Shown piece by piece: positions 1 to 13,961 of a stretch of 64,000 bases of DNA. Position numbers and translations under genes: made by a program. Each line of letters starts with the position of its first letter. Position 1 is the stretch's first letter. The notes below the pieces were generated by a model. The model made no database searches and had not been told where the DNA came from. It worked only from the letters and a program-made list of their open reading frames with translations. Source of the stretch: Eukaryota sp. GEM-RC1 (lineage: Eukaryota); NCBI GenBank assembly GCA_040285855.1, contig JAUFOQ010000002.1, positions 1,922,001-1,986,000 on the forward strand, written 5' to 3'.

Positions 1-575
1 TGGGCCCTTTATCACTGTTATATTCCGGTGTAGCCACTCAATAAATACATTGCGATTCGAATAAGCTACTACATGTACTATTGTTAATTCTTCGAGCGAT
101 TGCTGAGCTTCGTATGTGGAAACGTCATTTTGGGGAAGTTGTGGTCAGCAAATGACGTACCCTAAATTTGAGTAAGTGTGACAATCACGATATTGATATC
201 CCTTGTAATGGTTAACGGTAGAATGTATGACCAAGGTAACTGTTACACATTGGATCATCATGTTCAAAATAGTTATAATGTATGTTAGTCGGTCAAAAGT
301 ACAGTACCGGCACGGAACAATTGCGTTAAATACTACGGACGCACGTGTCATATCATTGTGGCTTTTCTATTATAGTACCTGAAGACTGCTGTAAAACTAA
401 TTAGAGACAATGTGGAAAATTGACTACACATAATACACATACTGTGTATCTCCAAACAATGAAGACTTGTTACATGAACAGTTGTGCCATTGAAAAATCA
501 GAGTGACAGCAAAATCCACTTCACTGAAAGCGGTTGTTTTCCTATGTGATGATGTGATAGCGAGGCAGAACATTG

Positions 576-755
576 TTTTTTTTACATGTACAAGCAAAAC
601 TTTTATTATAAATGTAATAGATCAAACAACCAAAATTTGATATCATTAAAACAACACCCGTCGCTATCAAACCTTACAACAGCTTTGTCCTCAAAAAAGG
701 AACTCACTGCTAATAAAGCTTTGGAGATGATTAGGGGAACTGTTTTAAAAACAGT
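576..755 (-). mobile_element. 5'-truncated 3' end of an RLE-type non-LTR retrotransposon with poly(A) tail and TSD
   Basis: Poly-T 576-583 (poly-A on - strand) next to a minus-strand AATAAA-like signal; near-identical to 60470-60625; flanked by direct repeat AGAACATTG at 567-575 and 756-764. Confidence 0.8.
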
Positions 756-2075
756 AGAACATTGTAGATGTATATTTTAATTACATTGGTGTAAATGCAG
801 CAATGATTGATCACCCAATTCCACTTCAATCACCCATGATCTCATCTTCTGATGCAGATAGGCAACAACGATGTGTTGAGTAATTTGATAAACACTATGG
901 GTGGGTTATGAATCATAGAGTGAAGAAGAAGAACCGAGTACAATGCAGTGATCGTCAAAGTACTGACCATAAATATGGTAACTTTTCAGACAACTTTGTA
1001 AATTTTCCGTGTTTTACGAAACCCTATTCATGTCACTTCTTCTAGTGTTTGATTCCATTTTGGCTTAGTTTGCATCAGTGTTCGATACTTCCTACGTGTT
1101 TTTAAAAGACACCATGTCGATATTAACACGCGTGTCCAAATGGTGTCTTTTAGGTGTTTTTGCATGTTTTTTCCAAAAAACAGTTTGAGGCTTATAATGG
1201 AGAGTTTGATTATATAAACCTTGTTTTGGGCCAATTCTTGCCTTTATCTGACATCTCATCACTGAATCTTGGATTCTTTGGTTCTGATGAGACGAATTGG
1301 TGATTGACAGTGTACTATGTCAGTTTCCTGGCTATTTATTTTAATGTTTGGCAATTCTGCATTAATTGCAATATTTATTTTTTGAAGTAAAAATAGGGTT
1401 TAAGTAAAATGATCAAATCGTCATCCCAAGCTTTACTGGAGTTTTTCAATCTTTGGAGAACACATCATCAGTAAACACGCAGAACACCATGTTTCTTTAA
1501 CGTCCGTGTGAGAGAATGACGACTGACAAACCAGAACACTGATCATAACCATGAGCCATACACAAGATTTTGGAGTGTTTTCTTCATTTGAAACTGTAAA
1601 TAAGACATGGTTTCCGTCCGACGCGTTGTGACGTCACCCCTCACTTCTTTTGTGAGACTACTTCTAAACTAAAACTAATTTTCCACTAAGGGTCAATATA
1701 ATGACCAGTGTATATTGAAGAAACAATTCATTCAAAATAATTCGCTACGATTGAATCAATTGTATCAAAGGAACAGAAACATACCAATGATTACAGAACC
1801 CGATGCTAAAATAGGGACCTTGAGCTCCCTCCAGAACAACAAAAACTGACTGTGTCGTTAAAAATTTCAAAAAATGCAATTTTTTAATAAGTAGAACACA
1901 ACTTCTGTTTGTTTGCTATACAGTAAAACTTCCGTTATTATTCTTGCGCTTATTTTACTTATTTTAAAGAAGTTACAACAAAATACCCAATAGGATCCCT
2001 GAAATGACTACGGAATCTACCGTTAGATTAAACAATCTTTATAGATCACACAACGTGTACAAAATACTGGAACGA

Positions 2076-5000
2076 TTAGACATTTTCATTTACAAACCCA
2101 CAAAAAACCTCAGACATATGCAATTTTGACTCCTCCAAGAACTCCAAATCTTCATCATAGTAAGAAACCTCACAGTCTTGGAAATTCATGGGATGAAGTC
2201 CAACTTTCAAAACAAAGTTCTTCAGTAATGTAATGCAAGTTCCAATGTCTGACCTATTTTTAAGTCTACCTATTGAGTTTACCTTGTTAGATGAAGGATT
2301 CTTTTTAAACTCAGCATGTACTATATTTTTCAAATTTTCCACTGGGAAGTTTTGTTCAACTAAATTTAATAACGTCAAAATATGTCCAACCAGTAAATTT
2401 TCAAAAAGAAGCCCAATATTTTGACAGAAATCATCCAGTTTTCTCTACTGCAGGAATGCCTTTAAGCTCATAAATCTGTTATTTGGAAGCTCTGCAGCAA
2501 TAGTTCTAGTAATAATAATTATTTCGTTATACACAGAAAGAAAATCATGATTTATGATGGAATGTGGGAAAACAACATTATCATCGACAGTAAAAACCTT
2601 CGTGTAAAAGAACTTCTTCCGAGCCGTATAAGTCTTTGGTTTGGAAAAGTTGAAACTCTGGTGGAGTAATTGATTGAATTTTGTGTTTCAATCCAGAAAG
2701 AATGTAACCGTCATAAACGTGATCTACAACCCGTAAACGGAAAGTGAATGGATCAAGGGTGATACCACGACTATCACACTTAATGTGAGCAAAGGAATCA
2801 GATTTGATTGAAAAGAGATCAATTGATCCCAATGGTTGATTTGTAACTGTCACGAGCATCTGAAAAAAGTTTCTTATTTGGACGATTGGTCAAAATTGAT
2901 TTGATTGGAGTTACTAGTGCTTGGTATTTAAGCATTGCACTGGTTTTTTCATGAACAAATTATATAAGTTTTAAAATTTGGGCAAGATGTTCGGTAACGC
3001 TCATAAAACTGATTGATTTCGAAATATCAACATGACTTAAAAATGGCGATGACGTATCGGGAATTTCGTTAACAAATGGTGACGACGCAACCAATGATGA
3101 CAACGCAGCAACATCACTACCCAATTGCTCTATTGAAACTTCCTCAATTCTAGAACTCAAAGTAATAGCTGTCACATCAGCTTTGGGAAGTGGATCAAGT
3201 TCAATTGAATCAAGAAAGGTCATGATACGAGCTTCAACTTCAAACTTTTCCTCAATTGTTACACACACAAAATTTGGAATTTCAGTAGAAATCTTTCGAA
3301 AAACGTGTGCAACGATCAATGGAACATGATGTCTAGTAACACGCAAAACATTGGCCAAAACATCTAAACACTCAATTAATGTATCACGAAGTTGAGCCAA
3401 TCCATGTTCAACGTCATACATTCTAGCATACTGGTCTCCAATACCATTAGTAACACAAGCACGAGCCAAGACCATGTACAAAAAAATACTTGATCCAAGT
3501 AACCAAGATCTTAGATTTGAATAGCGTAATAAACCCTTCAAACAAGGTTCTACGGTTCTATTAGTAAATACATCGTAACGACCAGGTTGTAGTCCAGGTT
3601 GCCATTGAGGATTGGAGGAAAAGTTGTTGAAAGGAACTTCAGGTGAAGAATTCTTTGGTGACCGATTGACAGCAGATCATTTTGGACACCTATGTCTACT
3701 TGGCCCCACACTACCATGTTCTCCAACTCCTAAACGACCGTAATTTACAACAACTTGAGTGTGACCACAAGTTAAACAGTAATAGTGATGCAGTCCACTC
3801 ATATTTAGATCAACTTTTGAAAAAGAATTATTTGGAAAATTGAAGGGAATAAAAGCAGTTTCAGAAGAGGTAGTAGTAAATGTTTGACAAGAATCAGAAT
3901 TTAAAATTTCTTCAAGTGGTAGAAGACAGCAAAGGGAATTATCAAAAACATTGAACAGTTGTTTAAAATTCGATTCTGGTATACTCCTATTCTTAGAAAT
4001 TAAAATGACAGAAACCTTACGCCCAGTTATTTTAGATAGGTCAATGACTCCGCTTTGAAGTCTTTGGACTTCTTCAATGATTGCACGGTTGCTCTGATAG
4101 TCAGTATCAGCTGTTAGACCAGCATAATCGTCATCATTTATAACCAATGGGGCAAGTAACTGTTGCTTTTGTTTTGTATTTCCAGCTGAATCTTAGATTA
4201 ATTTCACAAGTGCTTCCACTGCTTCACCATCAGTTCCACGTGATAATATAAAACGAATAAGGAAAGTTTGTGATCCAATCAAATGTGATTTTGTCTGGTC
4301 TGATTGGTCAAGTGAGAAGTTCAAAACGTCAATAGGAAGTGATTGGTTATTGTCAATAAGATCTCTAACCAAAATAGAAAATAACTTACTAAAAAGAGTA
4401 ATTAGACTGAGCCGTGAGACCTTACGTAACTTAGCAAGTACTTCAGACAGAGTTGGTAATGGTAATCCAAGTTTAGACAGATGTGAAGCAAATGACTCAG
4501 ACAAGGAAGCCAAAAACCAGGGGAAAGCTTCAGAATCACGCTACTTCAAGAAAAGAGCTTCAAGACAAGATGAGGTTGATTCAATAAATGTTAACAACTT
4601 TCGATGGCTTGAATCTTTTTCAACTTTTCAAATAGTTTTTCAAATATTAATGGAGCGACGTCACCAATAACAGAAGGATCAGAAACAAGCTAAAAAAGCT
4701 TAGACTGTAACAACAAATCAGGGTCAAAATGATCACAAAGAGCGCCAATAACACGTAAGAGATTAGGTGTCGGATCTGATAAAAAGAATGTAAAAGTTTC
4801 TAAAACGTCTTGTCCACTAGTAATTAAATTCTTAGAAGCAAGTTCTTCAGGACAATCATAAACAGATGCTAACTTTAACCAAAAAGTACATATTCTGCCA
4901 AAAGAACTATCCTCAATCTCTAAAGAAAGATGAGATGACACAGCTTCGTTAGCTTCAGGTTGTAGAGAAATAATGAGCTGGAAACCCAGAGTTGTCGTTG

Positions 5001-8000
5001 ATTGATCCTCATGGATTGACTGGTTGAATGATTGGAGATGAACAATAACACGTGATTAGTGGTAAAAATGTTTGTTTGTTAAGAAAATGTAAAGCTCAGA
5101 AAAGAGATCAACGATTGAGGTACAATCAGTAACAGTTTGAACGAAAGAATCGACAGATAAATTTGAAATTTGGAAATACTCAAATATTGGTCGAACAATT
5201 GAAGTGAAATCATTTTCGTCAACTTTGCAGATATAATTATGAAGCAAAACATCGTGATCTGACATGTCTTTAATCAACTCCAAAAAGAGATCAAGCTCAG
5301 AGCTGTTATCACGATGATATTCAATTAAAGCACAAATAAAGTAAATGAAAGGCAACTCGTCGTATTTACAAATTTCAAAGGAATCCGATGGAGATTTTCC
5401 CCGAGGGATTTTCAGTGATGATAGAATCCAAGTAACACAGTGAAGGTAAGAATTACTAGGCATTAAATCAGTATCAAAAGGAATTAACAAATTCCAACCA
5501 ATTAATAAAGACAAAACGCATTGTAATTGAACAAGTAAATGACCTTTAACAAATAAATCAAGTTGTTCTAATAGACATTTAGTTTCACTGGTAGAAACAA
5601 ACCGTTTACTTGGAGAAGCTGGAATTTTGTCAGATTCTTGAAGAAGAGGAAGAACTTCGTGGAAAAAGTGAACAAAAACATCTCCTAATGACGTGATCAT
5701 TTGATAGCAAGGTCTGATTTTGGCGGGAGGAAGAGGCAGTTTCATTAGGGACGGAACTAGGAGTGAGCCATACAGCGGTAGCAATTGATCCTGTGGAATA
5801 TCAGACACCGAAAAATAAAATAATCGCGAAATATTGGAAACATAATCACCTACTACTGAAACATAGTTGATTGAGTCACAATAAACAGCAATGAAAGAGG
5901 AAAGTGGAGATAGCTGAAGTCCTTCTCCATTAATCATGGCAATGACAATATCAAAATTTGAGAGATATTTTGAAAACACTTGGTGGTCTGCGTGTTTACT
6001 GAAATGCCTTTTCAAGACTTCACAAATATTGAATGTTTCAATGAAATCATAATGCTGAGCCTCATCACCTTCAATTTTAATAACCAACAAAGATTTTGCA
6101 GTTTCTAGTGCATCTTCTTCTAGTAATTTTTGGATTATTTCAATACCAGTATTTTTCAATAATGTCTCTAAATCACGAGCTTCAGAAACACTAGACACTT
6201 TGGCAATTCCAACAGAGTCATATCCAGACAACGAATCAAATGATTCTCCAAATACTCTAGACAGAGCAACAATCTTCAGTGGACGTGAGAGTAAGTCAAA
6301 GTGAGAGAAGTGGTGTAAGGCATGTGCAAGGTTAAGAAAAGGACCATGAGTGAAGTCCTGAGTAGACTTGAGAACGTGAGCAGGGTTTGCAAGAAAACAA
6401 AGACGTTCGCTAGGAAAAGTATCAACAAGATGCAATTCATAGAGGAAATTTTGACGAACTTGAGAATCAACAATTGAACATTTAGGAAGGGAGTTAATAA
6501 CCCCTAAATCATCAAATAATTCTTCATATTGGGGAGTGCACTGATTGTCAGGTGCAATGTCTGACAGAACAAACTTATCCGTTCTATTTAAAACTACTGA
6601 AGGTGTAGATTTTAAATTTTCCTCTGAAACTACCAACACAATTTTGGTTCTTTCGTTCACATGACACACAGTGTTAGATAGAGTTCCTAAAGCAACTCTA
6701 CACAGAACATCACCGGTTTTAACATCTGTTTCAAGGTAATTCTTGCTGATAAGATCATATAGCGCTCCATTGATGTGTTCAGTACCAGATAGAACAATTA
6801 CTTTGCCTAGCTTGGCAGCAGCAATCACTTTTGATAGATGATTGTAAGAAACATCATTAAATGCGTCTTTCTCGAACCTGGATCCTTGAATCACGACAAC
6901 ATCTTGACGTGCTTTGTTAACAATATGCAATGATAGCTGAAGTGAGCCAATGAAGAGCGTGTGTCTTGAGTTAGGGGAAGGATCTTGGAGTGATCTACAA
7001 CATGCGAATAGCAAATCTTTTCGAACTGTTGGGAGGTCTGTAGAAAGCACTTTACGAGGGTAAAAAAGATTGTTCTTGTTTTTACTATCATACTTGACAG
7101 GTTTAGGAAAATCTAAAGAAAAGATTCTGGAGATAGTTTCAAAAACAGCATTATTCGTCAATGGCAATCCTCCATATGCTCTAAAAAAGTAAACGCGACG
7201 ATCTCTATGACGAAGATCACTTTGAGCCAACCACTTAGCTAATTGGTAGGCATCTCTTAAACCAAAGAAGTTTATACCATGGGAAGGGTATATTTCATTG
7301 GCTGTAGACTTCATTAGTTTATGAATTGTAGTGAGTAGCTCAGGAACTTCCAAGTCGTTATAAGGCCCAATTTCTTTCAGTAAAGCTGTGAGTTCAGCAG
7401 CAGAGGGCTCTTCACGGTGGATGACGATAGCACGACTAGAAGGAGCGGCATCAAAGTCTGAATTAGAGATACCAATAAAAGCAAATAGAGGTACTTTTTC
7501 TACTCGAGGTTCCAGGACAGAATGTAAACATTTTAGAGGGTTTTCAGGAGCTTCCAATAGAAGTGACATTTCATCCATGATTAAAGCTTGGCGAACCGTG
7601 GTGTCAGCTTTAGCACTTGTTTCCACTCTATCTACAGCAGTCATTATTGATTTAGTAGTTGCCGCGTGACTTCCTTGGAAGTAATGAGGTAATATACCGT
7701 GAAATCCGGACTCGGTAGTATTAACTTTGGAAAGAAAAGTAAGTAAAGCAGTTAGTGAAAGAGACTTTGAAGTTCCTGAAGCACCAATAACCATAATTGG
7801 AGTTCTAGAAGATAAAGTAAGAAACATTGCAAAAATATTTTCCAAATAGTAGTTAGTTTTAACCACACCTTCAGGAAAACCGTCCAAGTCTGAAAACTTG
7901 GATAATGTGGTATTAATCTCCTGTCGAGCAACCTCCAGTGAAGTCTGTAGATCAGAGGAAATCACTGTAAGTAGAATGTCCTGGTCATTTTTGGTGGGCA

Positions 8001-11000
8001 GTCTAAGAACGTAACAAACGTAAACAGTTAGTAGAAGAAGATGGGAGAATGATTGCTCAGAAAAAACATAAACTCAGGGATAAGGTTTCTACTAAACACA
8101 ATTAAAAATTTTAAAATTCTGGTAGCTCGAACAACATCACGAAGAGATACCATCCAAGGAACACTGGAAAAGACAACTCTATAATGTAAACACTTATGGG
8201 TACGTGACAATACTCTGGCCAATAGTCGTGCCTCAGAAGAAGAACAAAGATTATCAGATACCAAAGCAGATCTTTCAACGATTTTAACGACATATTGTTG
8301 CTCGTCAGCTTCAGACAACTTACCAAAATCCATCATAAGAGGGATTAAACATGATGGTTCTGGGTGAACATTGTACAACAGCTTGTCATTTTCACCTTTT
8401 TCATATGGATTGATAGCAGCAATTAAGCGGACTTTTGGATGTAAAGATAACATTCCAAGCTTTCTGTTGGTAATTAAACAAGAAATAAGTCCTAAGAAAT
8501 CAGAGGCGTTACATTCATCTAAAAAGAGAATTGGGAAAATCACACTGTCAGAAGGAAGTTGTAGGGCAAGATTATTTACTTTTTTAATAGCATCTTCGAC
8601 TTCGTGAAGTTCTGTACTTGCATTAACAGTGATATTAACAAACATTTCTTCCCATAAATTAGGATTTTCAGCGGAACCATTCCAAAATAAAATAAAACTT
8701 AAACATTCAAGTAAATGAGTCTTTCCAACACCACTAGCACCTCGAAGAATGGTAGGCAAATTAGCAGAAAATCTAAGAGCAATTAAGGTTTGTTTAAGGA
8801 ACGCATCAAAAGTAAGTGCATAGTTGCCAAAAAGATCTTCCCAAAGTGGTTTTGGAAACAGGGTTGTCGAAGGTAAATGAACGAATTTTGGAAATTTTCG
8901 GCTCGTCAGTAAATGGAACTTCCAGAGGATCATTTAATGACGTGTTCATACTCTATATAGGATTTCAATGCTGGTGGAACATTACATCCAATTGAAGCAG
9001 CAATTATAGGAGAATTTCGAGATAACATAAACATTACATGATTCATAGCATCCCAGTTAATAACAACTTCATCTAAATCAGGAGCATTGACTGTAGGTAT
9101 TGACATGAGTACAGATTTACGAGAAAAACCAATAATCAGATTGATGACGTCTCGATGGATTGCTTTGATTTCTCTGGGATTATACCCATTTAGAGTCATA
9201 ATCTCAGGAGAAAAGGCCACGGCATTATCAAAGTAGTTCAATTGTGATCCCAATAAAGAAACAATATCTCTTAGTAGTCTAAATGACCATTGACTTTGAT
9301 GAGGAGGAGGTTGATCTGCAAAAGTATCAGTGAAAAGAGGAACTAATGAACAATGAGTATTAAGAAGATTTGAAAGATTATGAACAATTGTAGCAACATT
9401 TGCTGTCATTCCGTCAGTATTTTTGAAGTTCACTTGGGAAAAATCGAAAGAAAGTTCATTGATCAGAGAAGCTTTGTTTGGATACAACGAGTCAATGAGA
9501 TTATCATACCAACTAAAAGGAACTAAACTAGCTCTGGAATTATAGGAAGCAAACTCAATATAGACCTTGTTCTTAAGCATAAAAAGAGAACCATTATGGC
9601 GTAGGCCTGAAAGAAAGGACATTGAAAACAAAATGTAAGCAGTATTGTAGAAGTCTTGAGAAGTCAATTTGGATGACGTTGTCCAGTGTTCCTCATTGAA
9701 GGTTCTTTTTAAAACATCAAAAGGCTCTCGAATATCCAAATGAATGTTGTGATTAGACCAATCAATTCTATCATCACAAAGATACTTTTCAATCAATTCA
9801 GAAATATTGACTTTTCCCGAAATATTAAAAGTTTTTGTATGAGTGTCAATCAAACCTTCAGGAATGCATTCTCTTAAACACTTTGTAGTTTTACCTTGAC
9901 CAGGAACCGTTGACGTGTAAATTCCACCTACAGTACAACTTGCTAAAACAGAAGACAAGTCAACGTCAGAAGGTAAAATGCCACGTAGACAGTGGGTACT
10001 GTCCACAAAATCAGTACCACACCCAATAACTGAAATATTAAAATTTTCTTCGTTCTTGCGTTTGACTAAAGAATAGAACTTCTCTCGAACAGGATACCTC
10101 AATTGATCAAAACCAACAATTAGTCGTTCACACACTAGTGAGTCAGACAGAAGAGCAACTAAAGAACTGAAAGAAGTTTCCCAATTACAAATTAAAACAC
10201 TTCGCATGTTTAATTCAATCTGTTTGTAAACAGCTACTTTCAAAGTATCGGTGAAGAGATTTGACAGACAATCAGACTGGAAATACGTGATTGATCGGTA
10301 TTTGATTTCAACAAAAGGTGGTGGAGAACTGAGACATTCCTCAAGTTTAGTATTGACGGAATAACTAGCATTGATTCCAGATTGAGCTGGATTATTTGAA
10401 AAATACGTTGGAACCCCAAAGTATTCTGCTATACCAGAAACTTGACAACCCAAAAGAAAATTTGAAATTTCTTTTGGATGCATCCCTCTAAACCAACCAT
10501 TTTGAGCCTGTTCCAAGAAAGTCATCCAAGTAATACGTAATTCTCGTAAAGTCTCAACTTGTTGTTCAATTCCAATGTTATGTTCTTTGATCTTTACAAT
10601 CAGTTCTTGCTCATCAGATTTGATGGGAAAACCATAACCTAATAATTGCTGTAATATAACTAGCGTTTCATCAACTAACTGGCACATATTTAAAATCTCA
10701 TCTTTCTTTCCATCAACATCAACCTGACAAAAAACTTGATCCTGAAGGAATTCCCCGTGAAATAAAATTGCTTCAGCTCTGATTCGATAGAATTGTTCAT
10801 CAGGGATTTCAATTGTACCATCTTCTCCGGTAGGAAGTTGCAGCTTGACCGTGATGTTCTCAAGATTGAAAATTAAGATACCGTCTTGGAAATTACGTTT
10901 AGCAACGGCATTAGTTGATGTGCAACGATGATCAACGCTAACCAACATTTCATCAATTGTCCTGATTTCAGTCTTTAATTGATCGATTGACCTACACAAA

Positions 11001-12828
11001 TATTCAACACGTTGATGAGAGTGACAATTTTCCTCCATCCACTCGTGAACATTTTTGAATAAATTACAAATGTTGATAGTACCATCGTCAAACGTACTCT
11101 TCACCACAGAGTTCCAAAGAGACCTTGGGTCGTTCAACAAATTGATGAAGAACTGAGCTAGAGAACTAGTGACAGGGAATGACGTGTCAATGTTACCACG
11201 AAGCTTAGAAGAAATGACGTCATGTGGTAAAGCAGAGTGCTTACTCAAGATTGAAAACAAGTCACCGGCATTATTGAACAGTTGAAAGATTTGTACATAC
11301 AGTGGTGGTGACGTTTGATTGCAATGACTACAATCAACTAATGAGCTGAACTTCTTGGAGTAAAATCCAAAGTCGGATAATAGAGATTCTGAAGAGAGTT
11401 CGTCAACAGAAGTAATTCTTCCACCAGTAAGTCCGATTGAGTTGAGAACATCAGAAGTATTCTGTAAACAATCAATTAAAGAGTCCAATACGTGACGATT
11501 GACCCATGATTTGATATTGAAGATGATATCTTCCCGAAGTTTTCCAGATGGATCTAGAAGAGAGAGAATTTCCAGTTCTCTACAGATTTCTTCTTCCGTA
11601 AACTCCTTGTACATAGCTTCCAAATGTGATGCCTTGACATCAGGTTGAAGTAGCTGTGCAATGAAGTTTAAAAGCTGTTGAGAAATTGCACTACCAACAG
11701 CTACAGGATCAATTGTAGGAGAACTTAACTCAACGTTTCCTTGCCCAACATGACCAACTACAAGTTGGGAGTCATCATTCACACAGTGGACAAAGAAATG
11801 GCGAAATAAAAATGTTGACGATACCTTTGTAACCAAAGTATCAGGAATACAGTTGCAGTTACCCAACGATTGAACGACATTAAACATGGAAGAACTGCTC
11901 TCCACAATTGAGGAAGAAATTACCTCTGGCAAAGCACTCGGCAACTGTTGTTGATGTAAAACATTAGAGGTAGATTTCGTAGACTCGGCTGTTTTAGTAG
12001 GTCTCTCAATGTAGGATGATAACTCTAGGTTTTTTCTTTTTCAGTTCCTCCACTTCATTAAGTAAAGAGTCGAAATACACTATTTTGAGTTTACCAAACA
12101 GAAATTCTTGTAATGGTTGTTTTAATTCTTCAACGTTACTTAATGGTTCAAAGAGAATCTTTTCCCATTCTTTAAGCGAAAAAACAGTTGAATCGAATAG
12201 GCTCATAATATTTGAAAATTGGGAAATTTCAAAATTCGAATTTTGTACCGAATACACAAAAGATCTGATTAACCATGATTGCAATTGAAGGCTATCACAA
12301 AACTGGGCCATCAAAATGATTGAATCAGCACTCAAATTGATACCGATCTCCAATTCAATGTCTCTTGATGATTTCAAAAAGGACCAACAATCTGAAGAGC
12401 TTTCAAGTCTTGATTCTCATCTGCACGTAACAGAAATTGTTTGAGCCATGCCCAGTCAAGTAAGTTATTGGATAATGACCATTCAATTTGGAGGATTAAT
12501 GTGTCTACTTGGAAGTAGTGAGCTAAGTAAAATAGATCAAAAGCATTGTGTTCTGTGATTTCAACTTTAATGCCGTAAAACGAGCCAATAAAGGCAAAAA
12601 ATGAGGATTCACTGACACTAAGATGAGAGAAATCGATAGGGTTTTCATGTTTTTCAGCACACTCCAAGTACCAGCGGGAGAAGAAGAACTTGGAGCTGTT
12701 GGCGAGGATGACTCTGCAGACCTGGATGGTTTGATCACGGAAGATTAGGGATTGATCAGAGAGAGATGAGTTGTTAAAAGGGAGGAGATTAGGTCAGAAG
12801 AACTGATCAAGAGGCAACCCTTTGACAT
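2076..12828 (-). pseudogene. Giant BTB/POZ - RNF213(mysterin)-like multi-AAA+ ATPase - RZ-finger gene, fragmented by indels and in-frame stops
   Basis: ATG at 12828. BTB (VCRVILANSSKFFFSRWYLE...PIDFSHL...FYLAHYFQV) joins ORF 8930..11944 across an A-run near 12030. RNF213-type motifs in order: GIYTSTVPGQGKT; YALTFDAFLK..LPTILRGASGVGKT; LFLDECN; IAAINPY; YNVHPEPSCLIPLMMDFGKL; VSLRDV; IGASGTSKSLS; IMDEM..NPLKCLHSVLE; FIGISN; FFGLRDAY; QGSRFEKD; LNRTDK; then YYCLTCGH...CPK at 3677-3790. ORF pieces are collinear down to the stop at 2076. Confidence 0.85.
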
Positions 12829-13202
12829 GTTGACACAGAAACGAAAAACGGCGTCACTTAAAGGTACAGTAGATTTTGAATAAAATTGAGCTACAATGAC
12901 GTCTTCATTGTCATGTAAGTTGGTATACTGTTTACTGTATGCAGGTGGCTGATGGAGTTGTCATTTCAGAAGCCTAAACAGACACATCTACATCGAATTC
13001 TTCCCATTGATCATATTCCAAATCACTGTGCTATAGTAAAAGCTATAGTAATGAAAGTCTTGTCAAAGTGCCAACGAGACCAGAGACATTCATCACAGAT
13101 TGGTGACAATTATGTAATCGCATAGTAGTTTTAATCGTCAATTCTCTAGCATTTTATATACAAATTTCAGAACAGTAGATTTTGACTGTAGTGGGTTAAT
13201 AC

Positions 13203-13961
13203 CAGGGCCTGGTAAAAAATATTTGTATTTAAATATTTGAAATAAATACTATAGTTGAAATATTTATTTTCTCCAGAAGACAAGTTCCAATATCTATTTT
13301 TCCGTATGAAAAATAAAAAAATATTTTTATACGTGTTTCATGGCTACTTTCAGGGTTGTAATACTTACACTGCTGAAGATTCCAACATCCTTCACTCAAT
13401 CTCATTTGAGACAGGTGTTGTGAAAGTGTTGAAAGGCAGATAAAATGAGTTAATTGAGGATGAACGACAGTCTGTAGTTAGATTTGAAAGAGAACCCTGT
13501 AATCCTCAATTGAACTTCGATATTGTGCCTCAATTGAATGAGTCTGCCAACCGTATGTCCAATGCTTCTCGCTACATTAACCTCTCTTTCATTCCCGGGA
13601 CTTCGAACGAGTGCGAGAGATTGTTCTCTGCAGTGCGCCGAACAATTGGTGAGCATCGCTTTGGTCTCACAGCTGGATCGTTGGAATAACAACTTTTCCT
13701 TCATTACAACCGGTCCTGGTGGAGCTCCCAAACAGTTAGAGCTGTAATGAGGAAGAACAATCCTTGTGAAAGTGTCATTGATGTACGTGATTAGTTATTA
13801 GATTAGTTGTTTATTAAAAATCGTTGCTTGTCTGTTTTAAGTATGAACAAAAAATATTTAAATATTTTTCATATTTATTTATCCAAAATAAATATCGGTG
13901 CTATTTATTTTTTGAGCAAAAGTTTGGTATATTTTATTTAAATATTTTTTACCACCCCCTG
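13203..13961 (+). mobile_element. Internally deleted hAT DNA transposon retaining a decayed transposase C-terminus
   Basis: TIRs CAGGG(CC/GG)TGGTAAAAAATATTT; perfect 8-bp TSD GTTAATAC (13195-13202, 13962-13969); internal frame YINLSFIPGTSNECERLFSAVRRTIGEHRFGL resembles the hAT dimerization motif, with in-frame stops. Confidence 0.9.

Noticed and set aside
1..2070. Short ORFs 145..351, 586..780, 1028..1234 and similar 60-130 aa antisense ORFs across the window
   Set aside because: No motifs; most are shadows of real genes or of repeats.
3677..3679. Selenocysteine at CPK-TGA in the RZ-like finger
   Set aside because: Surrounded by other nonsense lesions and I could not identify a SECIS; decay is simpler.
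2076..5060. Stop-codon reassignment (TAA/TAG as Gln, TGA as Trp or Cys) to explain in-frame stops
   Set aside because: MAT and SNF2 end in TAG, VPS25 in TAA and TFIIE-alpha in TGA at plausible positions, and long conserved genes have no internal stops.
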